Shown here one piece after another: positions 43,685 to 56,411 of a stretch of 64,000 nucleotides of DNA (positions are counted from its first letter, which is position 1; each line of letters begins with the position of its first letter). The translations under genes and the position numbers were made by a program. The DNA is from Octopus vulgaris. Taxonomy: Eukaryota. A model generated the notes under the pieces. The model made no database searches and was not told where the DNA came from. It saw only the letters and a list, made by a program, of their open reading frames with translations. Location of the stretch: positions 21,452,001-21,516,000 of the forward strand of contig OX597828.1 in assembly GCA_951406725.2 (NCBI GenBank), in the 5' to 3' direction.

Positions 43685-43740
<56 letters not shown>

Positions 43741-43968
43741 TTATTTGTTTCACGCACTACAAAGCACTCGTTCTGCTCTACTATAGTCAATATATCGATT
43801 CTATCTGTAATTTTAAGGAGGTACATACGCTTTCGATGTCTATGAGTCTTATCGTCCAGTTACCTGAAGTACGTTCCGGTATCCTAAACACAAGCATGAC
43901 ACCATACATTAAAAATGCTCAAACTCTTAATTTTGCTTGTGTGCCTCACTCTTTTTCAATGTATATAA

Positions 43969-44019
<51 letters not shown>

Positions 44020-44235
44020 GACACGCAATTGAAAAAATTGGAGTCAACAAGGACTACGGTTGGATATTTGTAATATTACTACTGGATAGCACAGGGTTAA
44101 ATCAGAAGGTGGACGAGCTTTATAAATTCTTTAAACTACGTGCTTAACAAAATACACCATAACTATATATATATATATATACATATATATCGAGAGGGAG
44201 GTTATGTCTAAAATTAAATTTTAGAGAATGTCTTC

Positions 44236-44292
<57 letters not shown>

Positions 44293-44425
44293 ATGAGGGT
44301 GTCTAAAAGACACCAACATGCCGAAATAGCAGTCGAAACACTGACTATAGTACCACGTTAAATGTTCATATCGCACCATGAGGTAAAGCGGAGGGACAAA
44401 ACATACAAGCAAAAATTATTGAATA

Positions 44426-44485
44426 ATTCAAGATCCAAGGATTTCTGGTTCTGCTTTAGATAAGCTTTACCGTCATCAATTGAAT
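44426..44485 (-). ncRNA. Type I hammerhead ribozyme motif (U3 variant)
   Basis: Reverse complement of the 45107-45166 motif. Confidence 0.65.
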
Positions 44486-44906
44486 ATATCAAGGGTACAT
44501 AAATACAGATATATATATGCACAGCAAACGATATACTTACATATACGAGCGTCGTACATACATACATATGCACGTATGGACACAGCCAGTTTGAATCGCC
44601 CGCCAAATCACCGCATAAGTACGATATGGTTAAAATAAGCACCGCAGTGAATATAATAACGAATTATATAAATTTATATATGAGGATAATATCGATATTT
44701 AAGTGTCGAAATTATCAAGTGGCCAGCATGAAAGAAATACCTTACAAAGGTAAAAAAATTTTAACAATTAAAAATGAGGGTGTCTAAAAGACACCAACAT
44801 GCCGAAATAGCAGTCGAAACACTGACTATAGTACCACGTTAAATGTTCATATCGCACCATGAGGTAAAGCGGAGGGACAAAACATACAAGCAAAAATTAT
44901 TGAATA

Positions 44907-44966
44907 ATTCAAGATCCAAGGATTTCTGGTTCTGCTTTAGATAAGCTTTACCGTCATCAATTGAAT
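44907..44966 (-). ncRNA. Type I hammerhead ribozyme motif (U3 variant)
   Basis: Identical to the 44426-44485 motif. Confidence 0.65.
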
Positions 44967-45106
44967 ATATCAAGGGTACATAAATACAGATATATATATG
45001 CACAGCAAACGATATACTTACATAAAGCAGAACCAGAAATCCTTGGATCTTGTAAGTATATCGTTTGCTGTGCATATATATATCTGTATTTATGTACCCT
45101 TGATAT

Positions 45107-45166
45107 ATTCAATTGATGACGGTAAAGCTTATCTAAAGCAGAACCAGAAATCCTTGGATCTTGAAT
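45107..45166 (+). ncRNA. Type I hammerhead ribozyme motif (U3 variant)
   Basis: ATTCAA TTGATGA c GGT..ACC a GAAA TCC tt GGA TC TTGAAT. 6-bp stem I, AUC cleavage triplet. Confidence 0.65.
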
Positions 45167-45907
45167 TATTCAATAATTTTTGCTTGTATGTTTTGTCCCT
45201 CCGCTTTACCTCATGGTGCGATATGAACATTTAACGTGGTACTATAGTCAGTGTTTCGACTGCTATTTTGGCATGTTGGTGTCTTTTAGACACCCTCATT
45301 TTTAATTGTTAAAAATTTTTTTACCTTTGTAAGGTATTTCTTTCATGCTGGCCACTTGATAATTTCGACACTTAAATATCGATATTATCCTCATATATAA
45401 ATTTATATAATTCGTTATTATATTCACTGCATATATATATGCACACACGTTTATCTATCAGTCAGTATATATATGTATACAAACAAACGAACAAAGATAC
45501 ACGTACATACACACACGCACACTCACACACACACAAACACACGCACAAAGCACAAACGGATATGCAAATAAGTATGCATATATGTTCGTGTGTACTTGTA
45601 TATTCATTGTTACATGTTCAAACTAATAACACTGTACTATTGTCGTTCGACAAACATGTATGACTACGAATATATGATTTACACTCTCTTTTCTTTCTTT
45701 CTCCTTTTCTTTCCTTCTGTATTCCATATATGTATATATGTATCTATCATTTTGTATATATATATATATATATATATATACCAATATATATATATATCGC
45801 TCCACGTCCTCGCGTTGTGTTTTCTCTTCGTTCATGTTTGGATTAACTATATATATATATATATATATAATGCATATATACATACACACATATATATATA
45901 CATATAC

Positions 45908-45971
<64 letters not shown>

Positions 45972-46566
45972 GTATTTATAAATATTTACATACATGCCTT
46001 CATACATATATATATATATCTACATGTGTGTGCATATGTATGTATGTATATCTATATATATATATATATTTTTATACACACATATATATATATATATATC
46101 GATATATAAATATATACAAATACACACACACACATATATACATATATTTCTATATATTTGTATCTAGATGTATACATACATGCATAAATACATGCATACA
46201 TGCATACATACATACATACGTAGAAATTACTTACACCAAAAATCACAGGCGTGTAAAGCGATCTCCTTGTCAGGTCGGACAATAGCTGTTTACTCCGTTT
46301 ATTTCGTTACTTAACGAGGTTTACACAAATTAGCTGCTACATCAAGTGTTTTTAAAAATATCTGCAATTCTAGGAAATAGCTGAACGGCACGGAAATGGA
46401 GGAATAACACGAAAGCCTGATCAGACTTTTGGGGATAACTGGTTCTTTGGATGGGAATCTTTATCTCTCGACAAACGCCGAATGTGATTCTTGGATTATG
46501 GCATCATCACATTTTAGATTTCGTGTTTGGGAAATTTCTGCAACGGACAGAATTCACCTCTAAATA

Positions 46567-46597
<31 letters not shown>

Positions 46598-47086
46598 ATC
46601 AGGTTTCAAAAATGAGAACAATGCAAGAAGGAAAAATGAAAGAAATATAAAAAGAAAGAAAGAAAGGAAGAAAGAAAGAGACAAGCAAATAAAGGTTCTG
46701 TCAGTGGTTTAATGTAATTAGTTATTGGGATCGATGTCAAGGCTTTTATTATCAAGATCGTTATGATGATGATCATCATCATGACAACGACAACGACGAT
46801 AATGATGACAATGCTGATGATAGCGGTGTTGGTGATAATGTTTGTGATGATGATGAGGATAATGATGGTGTTGATGATGGTGGTGGTTATGATGGCAGTG
46901 GTGGTGTCGATGACGACGACGGTGATAATGGTGATGGTGGTGGTGGTGATGGTGGTGGTGGTGGCGGTGGTAGTGGTGGGGGCTTTGATAGTTTGTGGTT
47001 GTGTCGATGATAATGATGATGTTGATGATTTCTACAGTCATCATCGTCGTCGTCGTCGTCATCATCATCATCATCATCATCATCAT

Positions 47087-47138
<52 letters not shown>

Positions 47139-47331
47139 GAGCAACAGAGGGCTGCCCTACGTTGTCGCTCACAAGAAAAAGTAGGCTGCATATAAACGTA
47201 TGTAGACTGCTTCGCTCGTTTAGTATATATGCAGCACATACACACCGACTATTCCCTTTTACTTATATACATTCATATACATGTATACACACATGCATAC
47301 ATCTATCTATCTATTTCTCTCTATATTATAT

Positions 47332-47399
<68 letters not shown>

Positions 47400-47685
47400 G
47401 CAAAATGGGACAAGAACGCAAAACATGTAGACAGTTAGGTGATACAAAAAAAGGGACAACAAAACACCCAGAAGGACGATATAAAGAAAACGGATCGTTC
47501 GGAGTTTTTTCCTCAGTGGAGTTCCAGATTATCTTTGCAATTTCGGCTGGTTATACTCAAGATTGCGCCAATCTGGACAGCCCCAAGGAAAAACTAAGCT
47601 AAGAGCATTAGATTCCTTGGAAGAAAGCTGCGTATGTATACGAAATCAAGGACGGAAAAAACGGAGAAAGTTACACAAATACACA

Positions 47686-48005
47686 TTTTTCATCCTTTCG
47701 GTGTCGATAAATTAAGTACCAGTTACGCACTGGGGTCGATGTAATTGACTTAATCCCTTTGTCTATCTTTGTCTATCCTTGTCCGTCCCCTTTATATTTA
47801 GCCTCTTGCAGGCAATAAAGAAATAAGAAACATTAGCACGCCGGGCGAAATGTTCAGCAGTATTTCGTCTATCTTTACGTTCTGCGTTCAAATTCCACCT
47901 TTCATCCTTTCGGGGTCTATAAATTAAGTACCAGTTGCGTACTGGAGTCGATCTAATCGACTGGCCCCCTTCCCCAAATTTCGAGCCTTGTGTCCAGAGA
48001 AGAAA
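47686..48005 (+). mobile_element. Two partial family B SINEs
   Basis: catcctttcgg..ataaattaagtaccagtt occurs at about 47691 and 47903. Confidence 0.8.
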
Positions 48006-48235
48006 AGAATATATATATGTGTGTGTGTGTATGTGTGTGTGTGTGTTTGTGTGTGTGTGCATGCATGCATACATATAAGTTCAATTCCATGAGCGGGCGG
48101 TACGTTTTCTCCCTGAGCTAAGCACTTCATTTCACGTTGCCCCAATTTACTCCACCGAAAATGTGTATTAGGCCAGTGTTGGTTAGAACATTCTTTCTCC
48201 TTCTCCCTCTCCTTCTCTCTCTGCCCCTTCCTCCC

Positions 48236-48282
<47 letters not shown>

Positions 48283-48289
<7 letters not shown>

Positions 48290-48588
48290 ACCACGTGACT
48301 AACCAGGCTATCAGATGTTGCTACACATCGCTGGTCACAATGCACTTCGCATTGCTTTAGCCTTCAAATGACGTCACCCCACTGGCTAAGCGAGCTGGAC
48401 AACAGAAGAAAGAGCGAGAGAAAGTTGCGACGAAGGAGTACAGCAGGGATCGCCACCACGCCCTGCTAGAGCCTCGTGGAGCTTTAGGTGTTTTCACTCA
48501 ATAAACACTCACAACGCCCGGTCTGGGAATCGAAACTGCGATCCTACGACCGCGAGTCCGCTGCCCTAACCACTGGGCAATTGCACCT

Positions 48589-48590
<2 letters not shown>
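48283..48590 (-). mobile_element. SINE family C (tRNA-Arg-like head), tail type 1
   Basis: Minus strand: ggaggtgcaattgcccagtggttagggcagcggactcgcggtcgtagg..gtttcgattccc. Ends in (gtcacgtg)x2 followed by (TA)n. Confidence 0.8.
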
Positions 48591-48626
<36 letters not shown>

Positions 48627-48745
48627 ACACACACACACATATATATATCCATGAGCGGGCGGTACGTTCTCTCCTTGAGCTAAGTACATCATTTCACGTT
48701 GCGCCAATTTACTCAACCGAAAATGATTAGGCCAGTGTTGGTTAG

Positions 48746-48779
<34 letters not shown>

Positions 48780-49136
48780 ACACACATACATACACACACA
48801 CACGCACGCACGCACGCACGCACGCACGCTGGCACACTCTCTCTCTTTCTCTCTCACAGGTGTTAAATTCCATGATGGTTAAATTCATGGTTGGGCCCAT
48901 GAATGCCATGAGTTCGATTCTAGGACCGAGTGGTGTGTTTTCTCCTCGAGCAAGATACTTTATTTTACGATGTTCCAGATTACTGAGCTAAAAATGTATA
49001 CAAGCCCAGTGTTGGTGGAAGGCTGTACCCCTTCTTCAACTATCTTGTCCTTCAACTTACTCGTTCTTCAACTGACTCGTCCTTACACTAAGTCAAAAGT
49101 GGTAGAACCGAGGTGACTATATGTGTACACATATGG

Positions 49137-49369
49137 AAGGCGGCGAGCTGGGCGAAACGTTAGCACGCCGGGCGAAATGTGTAGCCGTATTTCGTCTGTC
49201 GTTACGTTCTGAGTTCAAATTCTGCCGAGGTCGACTTTGCCTTTCATCCTTTCGGGGTCGATAAATTAAGTACCAGTTACGCACTGGGGTCGATGTAATC
49301 GACTTAATCCCTCTGTCTGTCCTTGTTTGTCCCCTCTGTGTTTAGTCCCTTGTGGGTAGTAAAGAAATA
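49137..49369 (+). mobile_element. SINE family B, full length with 17-bp TSD
   Basis: tatatgtgtacacatat at 49118-49134 and 49370-49386. Confidence 0.9.
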
Positions 49370-49494
49370 TATATGTGTACACATATATATGCAGTGTAGC
49401 AATAATGGTGGTGGTAGCGACGACAATTCTTGAGTGGGGCGACGCGATGGTGAAGCTGGCGCTAACTGATGTTGTGTTGTGCTACTTTTTCCTT

Positions 49495-49541
<47 letters not shown>

Positions 49542-49544
49542 TCA

Positions 49545-50300
49545 AAGGCGGCGAGCTTGAAGAAACGTTAGCACGCCGGGCGAAATGCTTAGCGGTATTT
49601 CGTCTGCCGCTGCGTTGTGAGTTCAAATTCCGCTGAGGTCGACTTTCCCTTTTATCCTTTCGGGGTCGATAAATTAAGTACCAGTTACGCACTGGGGTCG
49701 ATGTAATCGACTTAATACCTATGTCTGTCCTTGTTTGTCCTCTCTGTGTTTAGCCCCTTGTGGGTAGCAAAGAAATAGGTATTTCGTCTGCCGCTGCGTT
49801 CTGAGTTCAAATTCCGCCGAGGTCGACTTTCCCTTTTATATTTTCGGGGCCAATAAATTAAGTACCAGTTACGCACTGGGGTCGATATAATCGACTTATG
49901 CCGTCCTCCAAAATTCCAGGCCTTTTGCTTCCAGTAGAAAGGATTATTATTATTGAAAAGCGGCGTTTCATTCTTCTTTATCGTTTGAGTTCAATTTCCG
50001 TCAAAGTCAGATTTACCTTCCATCCATTCCATTCGGGGTCAATAAAATAAGTACCAGTTGAGTACTGGGGTCGACGCAATCAACCTAGTCCTCCTTCGAA
50101 ATTACTGGCCTTCTACCAACATTTGAAGCCATTATTATTGTCATTATTCTGAGTTCAAATTTCGCCGAGGTCGACTTTGCCTTTCATCCTTTCGTTGGTC
50201 GATTAAATAAGTACCATTTACGTACTGGGGTCGTGGTAATCGACTAATCCCCTCCCCGCAAATTTCACGCCTTGTACCTTTAGTGGAAAGGATTATTATT
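49545..50300 (+). mobile_element. Tandem cluster of four family B SINE units
   Basis: Units at about 49545-49777, 49778-49950, 49955-50138 and 50146-50300. The last three end in (ATT)n tails. Confidence 0.85.
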
Positions 50301-50342
50301 GTTGTTGTTTTGTTGCTGTTATTGTTGTTCCTCTCTTCTTCC

Positions 50343-50820
50343 AATCAGGAATCACGCCACTAGCCACAAACAATAATCTCTAATTCGAGCCTACTCTAAG
50401 CTACTAAGAATGCGTGTGGCAATTTGAAGATCCACCCACCACATGCGATAGACTGGCGGTTGCACGGGCGCGAAAGCTACGTCGTTATCCTCATTCTGTA
50501 ATCGGTGGCTTTGAACGGGTGGAGAGCTGGACCATCCTGGGGTACAAAGGATTCGCAATCTAGACTAGGGTCTGAAAGTTTGCCACACCATAGTGGGTTA
50601 CACCATGGTTCCTCTGCTTTGCGGCAGAGGTAGGACGAAAGAGTGAGAGAAAGTTGTGGTGAAAGAGTATAGCGGGGTTCACCACCAACCCCCGCCGGAG
50701 CCTCGTGGAGCTTAGGTGTTTTTGCTCAAAATAAACACACACAATGCCCGGTCTGGGAATCGAAACCGCGTTCTTACGACCGCGAGTCCACTGCTCTAAC
50801 CACTGGGCCATTGCGCCTCC
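50343..50820 (-). mobile_element. SINE family C head and body joined to a different, structured 3' region
   Basis: 50637-50820 is homologous to about 48407-48590. 50343-50636 is unrelated to tail type 1. Confidence 0.65.
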
Positions 50821-51633
50821 GCTGTTGCTGTTGTTGTTGATGTTCTTCAAGGTGTTGTTAATATCGAAGCTGCATGTATTTTTATTATCGTTTCTACTGC
50901 TGTTGTTGTTGTTGTTGTTACTGATATTGATGTTTGTATCGTGACTTTTTTTATTGTTGTGATTGTTGCTGCTGTTAATTACATTGGTCTTGTTGGCGAT
51001 AACGTTCTTGTTGTTGTTGTTGTTATTGTTGGTGATGTTGATGTTATTAATATTGTCTTTGCTGTTGTTGTTATCGCTGCTGCAGTTATTGTTCTTGTTG
51101 TTGTTGTTGGTGCTGCTGCTGCAGTTGTTGCTCTGTTAATGTTATTAGTCTTGTTGCCAAGTTCTTTTCCATGACGCTGGTGATGCGAATGTTGCTCTAG
51201 CAACCGGCGTAGTTTGCAAATGCTCGCATTATTACTATTGTTGCTGTTGTTGTTGTTACTGAATCTGCTGCAGCTCCTGCAACCGCTGCTGCTGCTGGTG
51301 TCATTGTTGTATTTCCAGTGTTGCTGCTGTTGATATTATTGGTCTCGTCCTCGTTGTTGTTGTTGTTGTGGGTGTAGCTGCCGGTGTTACTGATTCACTC
51401 AAGTAGTTCTCGATTATAGTTATCTGCACGCACTGTTGCTAATAAAATGCAGTTGTGATGCACCTAAGTGGGATACAGAAAGACATTCGTTGCGTGCTGC
51501 ACAATGCACTGTGCACTGATTCCGAAGAGCGAAAGGTGTAAGAAGGGTGGAAAGCGCAGCAGGGAGGGAAAAGAAGACGTTGATGAACAAGTATATGCAT
51601 GCAGGTATATATAATATATATATATATATATTT

Positions 51634-51778
<145 letters not shown>

Positions 51779-51812
51779 AAATGCAAGACAGAAGATGGAA
51801 TATAAGAGAAGT

Positions 51813-51873
<61 letters not shown>

Positions 51874-51909
51874 GCCTTCGTCTTTTGTTTATTTTCATAA
51901 AGCTTCCCG

Positions 51910-51953
<44 letters not shown>

Positions 51954-52192
51954 GTATATATATATGTATATATATATATATATATATACATATATATACA
52001 TATATATGCATGTATGTATGTATGTATATATGAATGCTGTGAGATAGACAAAGGGTGAGGGAAAGAGAGAGAGAGAGAGAAAGAGGAGAGGTAGGAATGT
52101 CGAAATGAGAGGCGAAATATTGCAAATGGAAATAAACCAGTGTGAAGTGATACACACACACACATATATACATATATACATATATATGTATA

Positions 52193-52250
<58 letters not shown>

Positions 52251-52259
52251 CATACATAC

Positions 52260-52302
<43 letters not shown>

Positions 52303-52639
52303 ACAAACACACATAGACATACATATATATAAACACGCACTCAAATACATAAATACACATTTATAAATATACTTATGAATGTATTTTTATATATATATTT
52401 CAGGCATGCACATGCGTATATTATATGTATAAACCACATACTCGTTTGTATATAAGTATTATATATTTTAACTCACACAAACATATATGCTAATACACGT
52501 GTGTGTTGTTCTCCCTCGCTCTCTCTCTCTCTATATATATATATATGTATGTATATATACACAAAACATACGTACACGCGCGAGCACACACACACAATTT
52601 TCTAGGCTTATTATATCAAGGACTGTAGCGCCATTATAT

Positions 52640-53232
52640 ATGAGGTGTTTGGATTAAATTTGACAGTTTGCATAAGAGGGGAGGAAAAACAGAAATGAAA
52701 ATATTCTATTGAAAAATAAAAATATTAAAAAAAACAGAAACATACCAACTAGAATATGGTTGGAATATAACAGTTTACTCAACATATATTGCAAATTATT
52801 CTGCTTCCATCATGGCCTCAAAATGGTCCCGGAGCCTGGCTCATGCGTTACCAAATGTAACTCTGGGAAGATCTTCAAACACCTTGATCTTCAAACACTT
52901 CGGCTTTGGTATTGCAAGCAGAATGGTTGATGTCTTTCTGAATTGCATCCACATATAATAGTCCGTGGGGCTACAATTAAAGGAATTACGATACCAGAAA
53001 TTGGAGCTGGTGAAGTCGTAGAAATCCTCAGTCAATCACTTTTGACTCTTTCCGGAGGTATTCCCAGGAGCCGAATCCTGCTGCCGCACAATGAGCTTTC
53101 CAGCAGCAGTCTTCTCCACCCAGGGCTTCCACACAGTCTCCAGCAATTTCACATAGTCGTCTGAATTGAGCCTAAGGCCCTGTTCAAAGATGTGAGGCGG
53201 TTTACATCACCCTCACTGGGGACCCACCAAAA
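52640..53232 (-). mobile_element. Decayed maT/DD37D-like transposase 3' fragment
   Basis: Minus strand reads YVKLLETVWKPW..QQDSAPGNTSGKSQ..FWYRNSFNCSPTDYYMW (degenerate WPPNSPDxNPLDY). Confidence 0.75.
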
Positions 53233-54140
53233 ATATTGCAGTTTTGGGTAATTTAATATTCATGATATCCATGTCATGTGTTTGATCCTTTGCTGTGTTT
53301 ACAGTATATTGAGCTTACATCATGATATCGGTATTTGATACCCGGCTCGAACCATCATGATACAGGTATCTCCTTTCCAATATTCAGATGGCTTCCAGTC
53401 CACCATGTCAGCTAACCTCTGCTTAACTACAGCTTTAGTATTTATTCTCGCCAATCACGTTGAATGCCTGCCAATGCATTAAGCTGTACCTGAAAACGAA
53501 AATACATAAAAAGTCATAACAAGTTATCAGACACTCGGTACACACATTCACAGACGCACACACACAGATGCACACACACAGACGCATACAAACACACACG
53601 CACACGCACACACACACACACACACGCGCAAACACACTCACACACACATATATAATAGTATACTATGAGTTGAGAATTCATTTGTACTGCAAAACCATAC
53701 GGACCTGGAACTGAAAATGTGACCTATGTTTAAAAGAATTTTACTAGATTTTAACATATAACGGTAATGTTATAAATTCTAGACCGGAACAAGCTTTGAG
53801 ATGCCTGCAAATGAGGAAATTCACATTTGCCCATTATAAATGAATAATAAAAATTTAAGTAACAAAATATTTTGAAATAATGGACTATAAGTGATTGTCC
53901 AGTCAAAACGTCAATTGAAGATTAAACAAACGACTCTACATTATACAACGCAGAATAGATAAACGAAAAAACTTTTAAACAATTAAAGGATATTAAGTAA
54001 AGACCCTGAAGAAACTGCATTGGTTGTTAAAAGAATTAAAGGTAATGCTATGCAACTCCGTAATAATCCTTATTACTATTATCATTGCTGACACAGACAC
54101 ACACATATACATATGTATCTCTATATACATATACACACAC

Positions 54141-54348
54141 GTTCAAAATGTGACCGCGTGTGTACCGTTGGCGATTTTTTCCCTCTGTCTTCCCTTCTCA
54201 TGATCTTTCCTTCTCCTATGTTTCCGACGAAGAGCTCCGCTCAAAACGTTAAACCCTCCTTCTTTCCTGAGCGTCCAATAATACTATATTTGTTCCACGT
54301 CCTCGCGTTGTTGTGTTTTTTTGTGCTTTCTTGTTGGGATTAACTTTA
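54141..54348 (+). mobile_element. Penelope-type terminal fragment with a degenerate minimal hammerhead (54220-54254)
   Basis: GTTT CCGACGA A GAGC tcc GCTC AAAA CG TT AAAC. Its 3' tip recurs at 45800-45850. Confidence 0.55.
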
Positions 54349-54401
54349 TACACACATATAGATATACATATATATATGTACATACGCACACACATACATA
54401 T

Positions 54402-54607
54402 ACTCTTTTACTATTTTACTTGTTTCAGTCATTTGACTGGGGCCATGCTGGAGCACCGCCTTTAGTCGAGCAAATCGACCCTAGGACTTATTCTTTGTAG
54501 GCCTAGTACTTATTCTGTCGGTCACTTTTGCCGAACCGTTAAGTTATAGGGACGTAATCACACCAGCATCGGTTGTCAAGTTATGGTGCGGGAGAAACAG
54601 ACACAAG

Positions 54608-54653
<46 letters not shown>

Positions 54654-54809
54654 TGATGGGCTTCTTTCAGTTTCCATCTACCAAATCCACTCACAAGGTT
54701 TTAGTCGGCCTGAGGCTATAGTAGAAGACACTTCCCCAAGGTGCCACACAGTGGGACTGAACCCACAACCATGTGAGTAAGCTACTTACCATACTGCCAC
54801 TCCTGTGCC
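54402..54809 (-). mobile_element. SINE family A, full length
   Basis: Homologous to the other family A copies. Confidence 0.88.
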
Positions 54810-54903
54810 TATATAGTTGATATTTGCAGAAAAACAAAAGACGAAGATGGGTGCATAAACAACATGCAGGTGTATTAAGTTGACGCTTGGGAAAGTGAGA
54901 AAG

Positions 54904-54939
54904 TTTTTACGTTTCGAGCCTACGCTCTTCATCAGAGCG
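54904..54939 (-). ncRNA. Minimal hammerhead core within a Penelope-type terminal fragment (54812-54939)
   Basis: Minus strand: CTGATGA A GAGC gtag GCTC GAAA CG TA. Stem I is essentially missing because the fragment is truncated there. Confidence 0.6.
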
Positions 54940-55116
54940 TATGCATGTATTATGTATGTATGTATATATATGTACGTATGTAAATATGGTAATGGTAAGA
55001 CAACAAAAGAATGAAAGAGAGTTCGATATTATGTAAATAGAGGAATTTATCTGTAAATATATGTGACAATTATTCTGTATATATATATATATATATATAT
55101 AATTTTTTGATGGACC

Positions 55117-55177
55117 GATAACTGAAGAGATGCCGGTGCGGTTTTCCGCCCCGACATCCGGAACTCGGAGTTTTATC
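55117..55177 (+). ncRNA. Degenerate type I hammerhead with long GC-rich stem II
   Basis: GATAA CTGAAGA GATG ccggtGCGG tttt CCGCcccga CATC c GGAA CTC g GAG TT TTATC. Confidence 0.55.
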
Positions 55178-55212
55178 ATGCCAACCGAATAATTGTCCCA
55201 TAATTTATTTAC

Positions 55213-55278
<66 letters not shown>

Positions 55279-56109
55279 TTTCGAACAGTTAAGAATGTGT
55301 GTGTGTGTATCTGTGTGTAGAAGTGTATTTGCGTGTATATGGGTGTAATTATGGATTTATGTTCATATAAATGCATATACGATTGTGAATGTACATAGGT
55401 ACATGTGTGTGTATACACACACACACATATATATATACATACATGTGTATATGTATATATGTACGTTTATATTTACGCGTATACATATATTTGAGTGTGT
55501 GCATTGAGTGCCTTCGTATGTGTGTGTTTGTGTTTGTGTGTATGTGTGTGTGTGGGTGTCAGCGTGTCTGTGAGTGTATGTATGTGTGTGCGTGTGTTAC
55601 AATAATGCGTCGTTCCGACATAGCTGTATGCGACATCTGAAGCCGCATTCGCGTGTAGATGAATCAAAAAATCACATACAACGAAAACAAGTCAGACGAC
55701 CACACGTATCTCGCAACTCCAACCAATTTCATAACGATGCGACCATTAAGTGATTTAAATTAAAATTCAAAGATGTCGTACATACAATTACGCCAGTATA
55801 TTACAGACCGGAAATATGTTTCATAAACGGCGGAAGTCACAATTCGATGTACTGTTCCAGTGTCGTTCGGCTGCACAAAAGGACGAAAAAATAAATGGAA
55901 ATAAGGTTAAGAATCGAAAGAAAGACCACAATATATGTCGAGTGAATTATTCATTTCCATTTTTGCTCGTATTCCACTTATTTATCTAATAAAAGTTTGT
56001 GTCGTCGTTGTTCGTAATAGAGCAAATCAAATATGCAGAATTGTGTTGTTCACACCATTGTACAAACTACACACTCCATTGTTCTTTTGTTTTATATGTG
56101 TGCACATAT

Positions 56110-56128
56110 GTCTGTCTGTCAGCCTGTA

Positions 56129-56213
<85 letters not shown>

Positions 56214-56262
56214 GTTTGTCTGTCTGTCTGTCTGTCTATCTGTCTCTCTGTCTGTCTGTCTT

Positions 56263-56341
<79 letters not shown>

Positions 56342-56366
56342 ATCTGTCTCTCTGTCTGTCTGTCTT

Positions 56367-56411
<45 letters not shown>

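Larger units (their letters stand above)
44285..45430. mobile_element. Retrozyme or Penelope pLTR-like module: 481-bp tandem repeat plus near-perfect 380-bp inverted arm, three hammerheads
   Basis: 44285-44542 is repeated at 44766-45022. 44644-45022 is inverted at 45051-45430. Flanked by (TA)n; no ORF. Confidence 0.85.

Noticed and set aside
47395-47685. Hammerhead in a (TA)n-adjacent repeat (minus strand GGCTG..CAGCC GAAA TTGCAA)
   Set aside because: No CUGANGA upstream of the stem and no UH site. A nearby CTGAGGA lacks stem II and GAAA.
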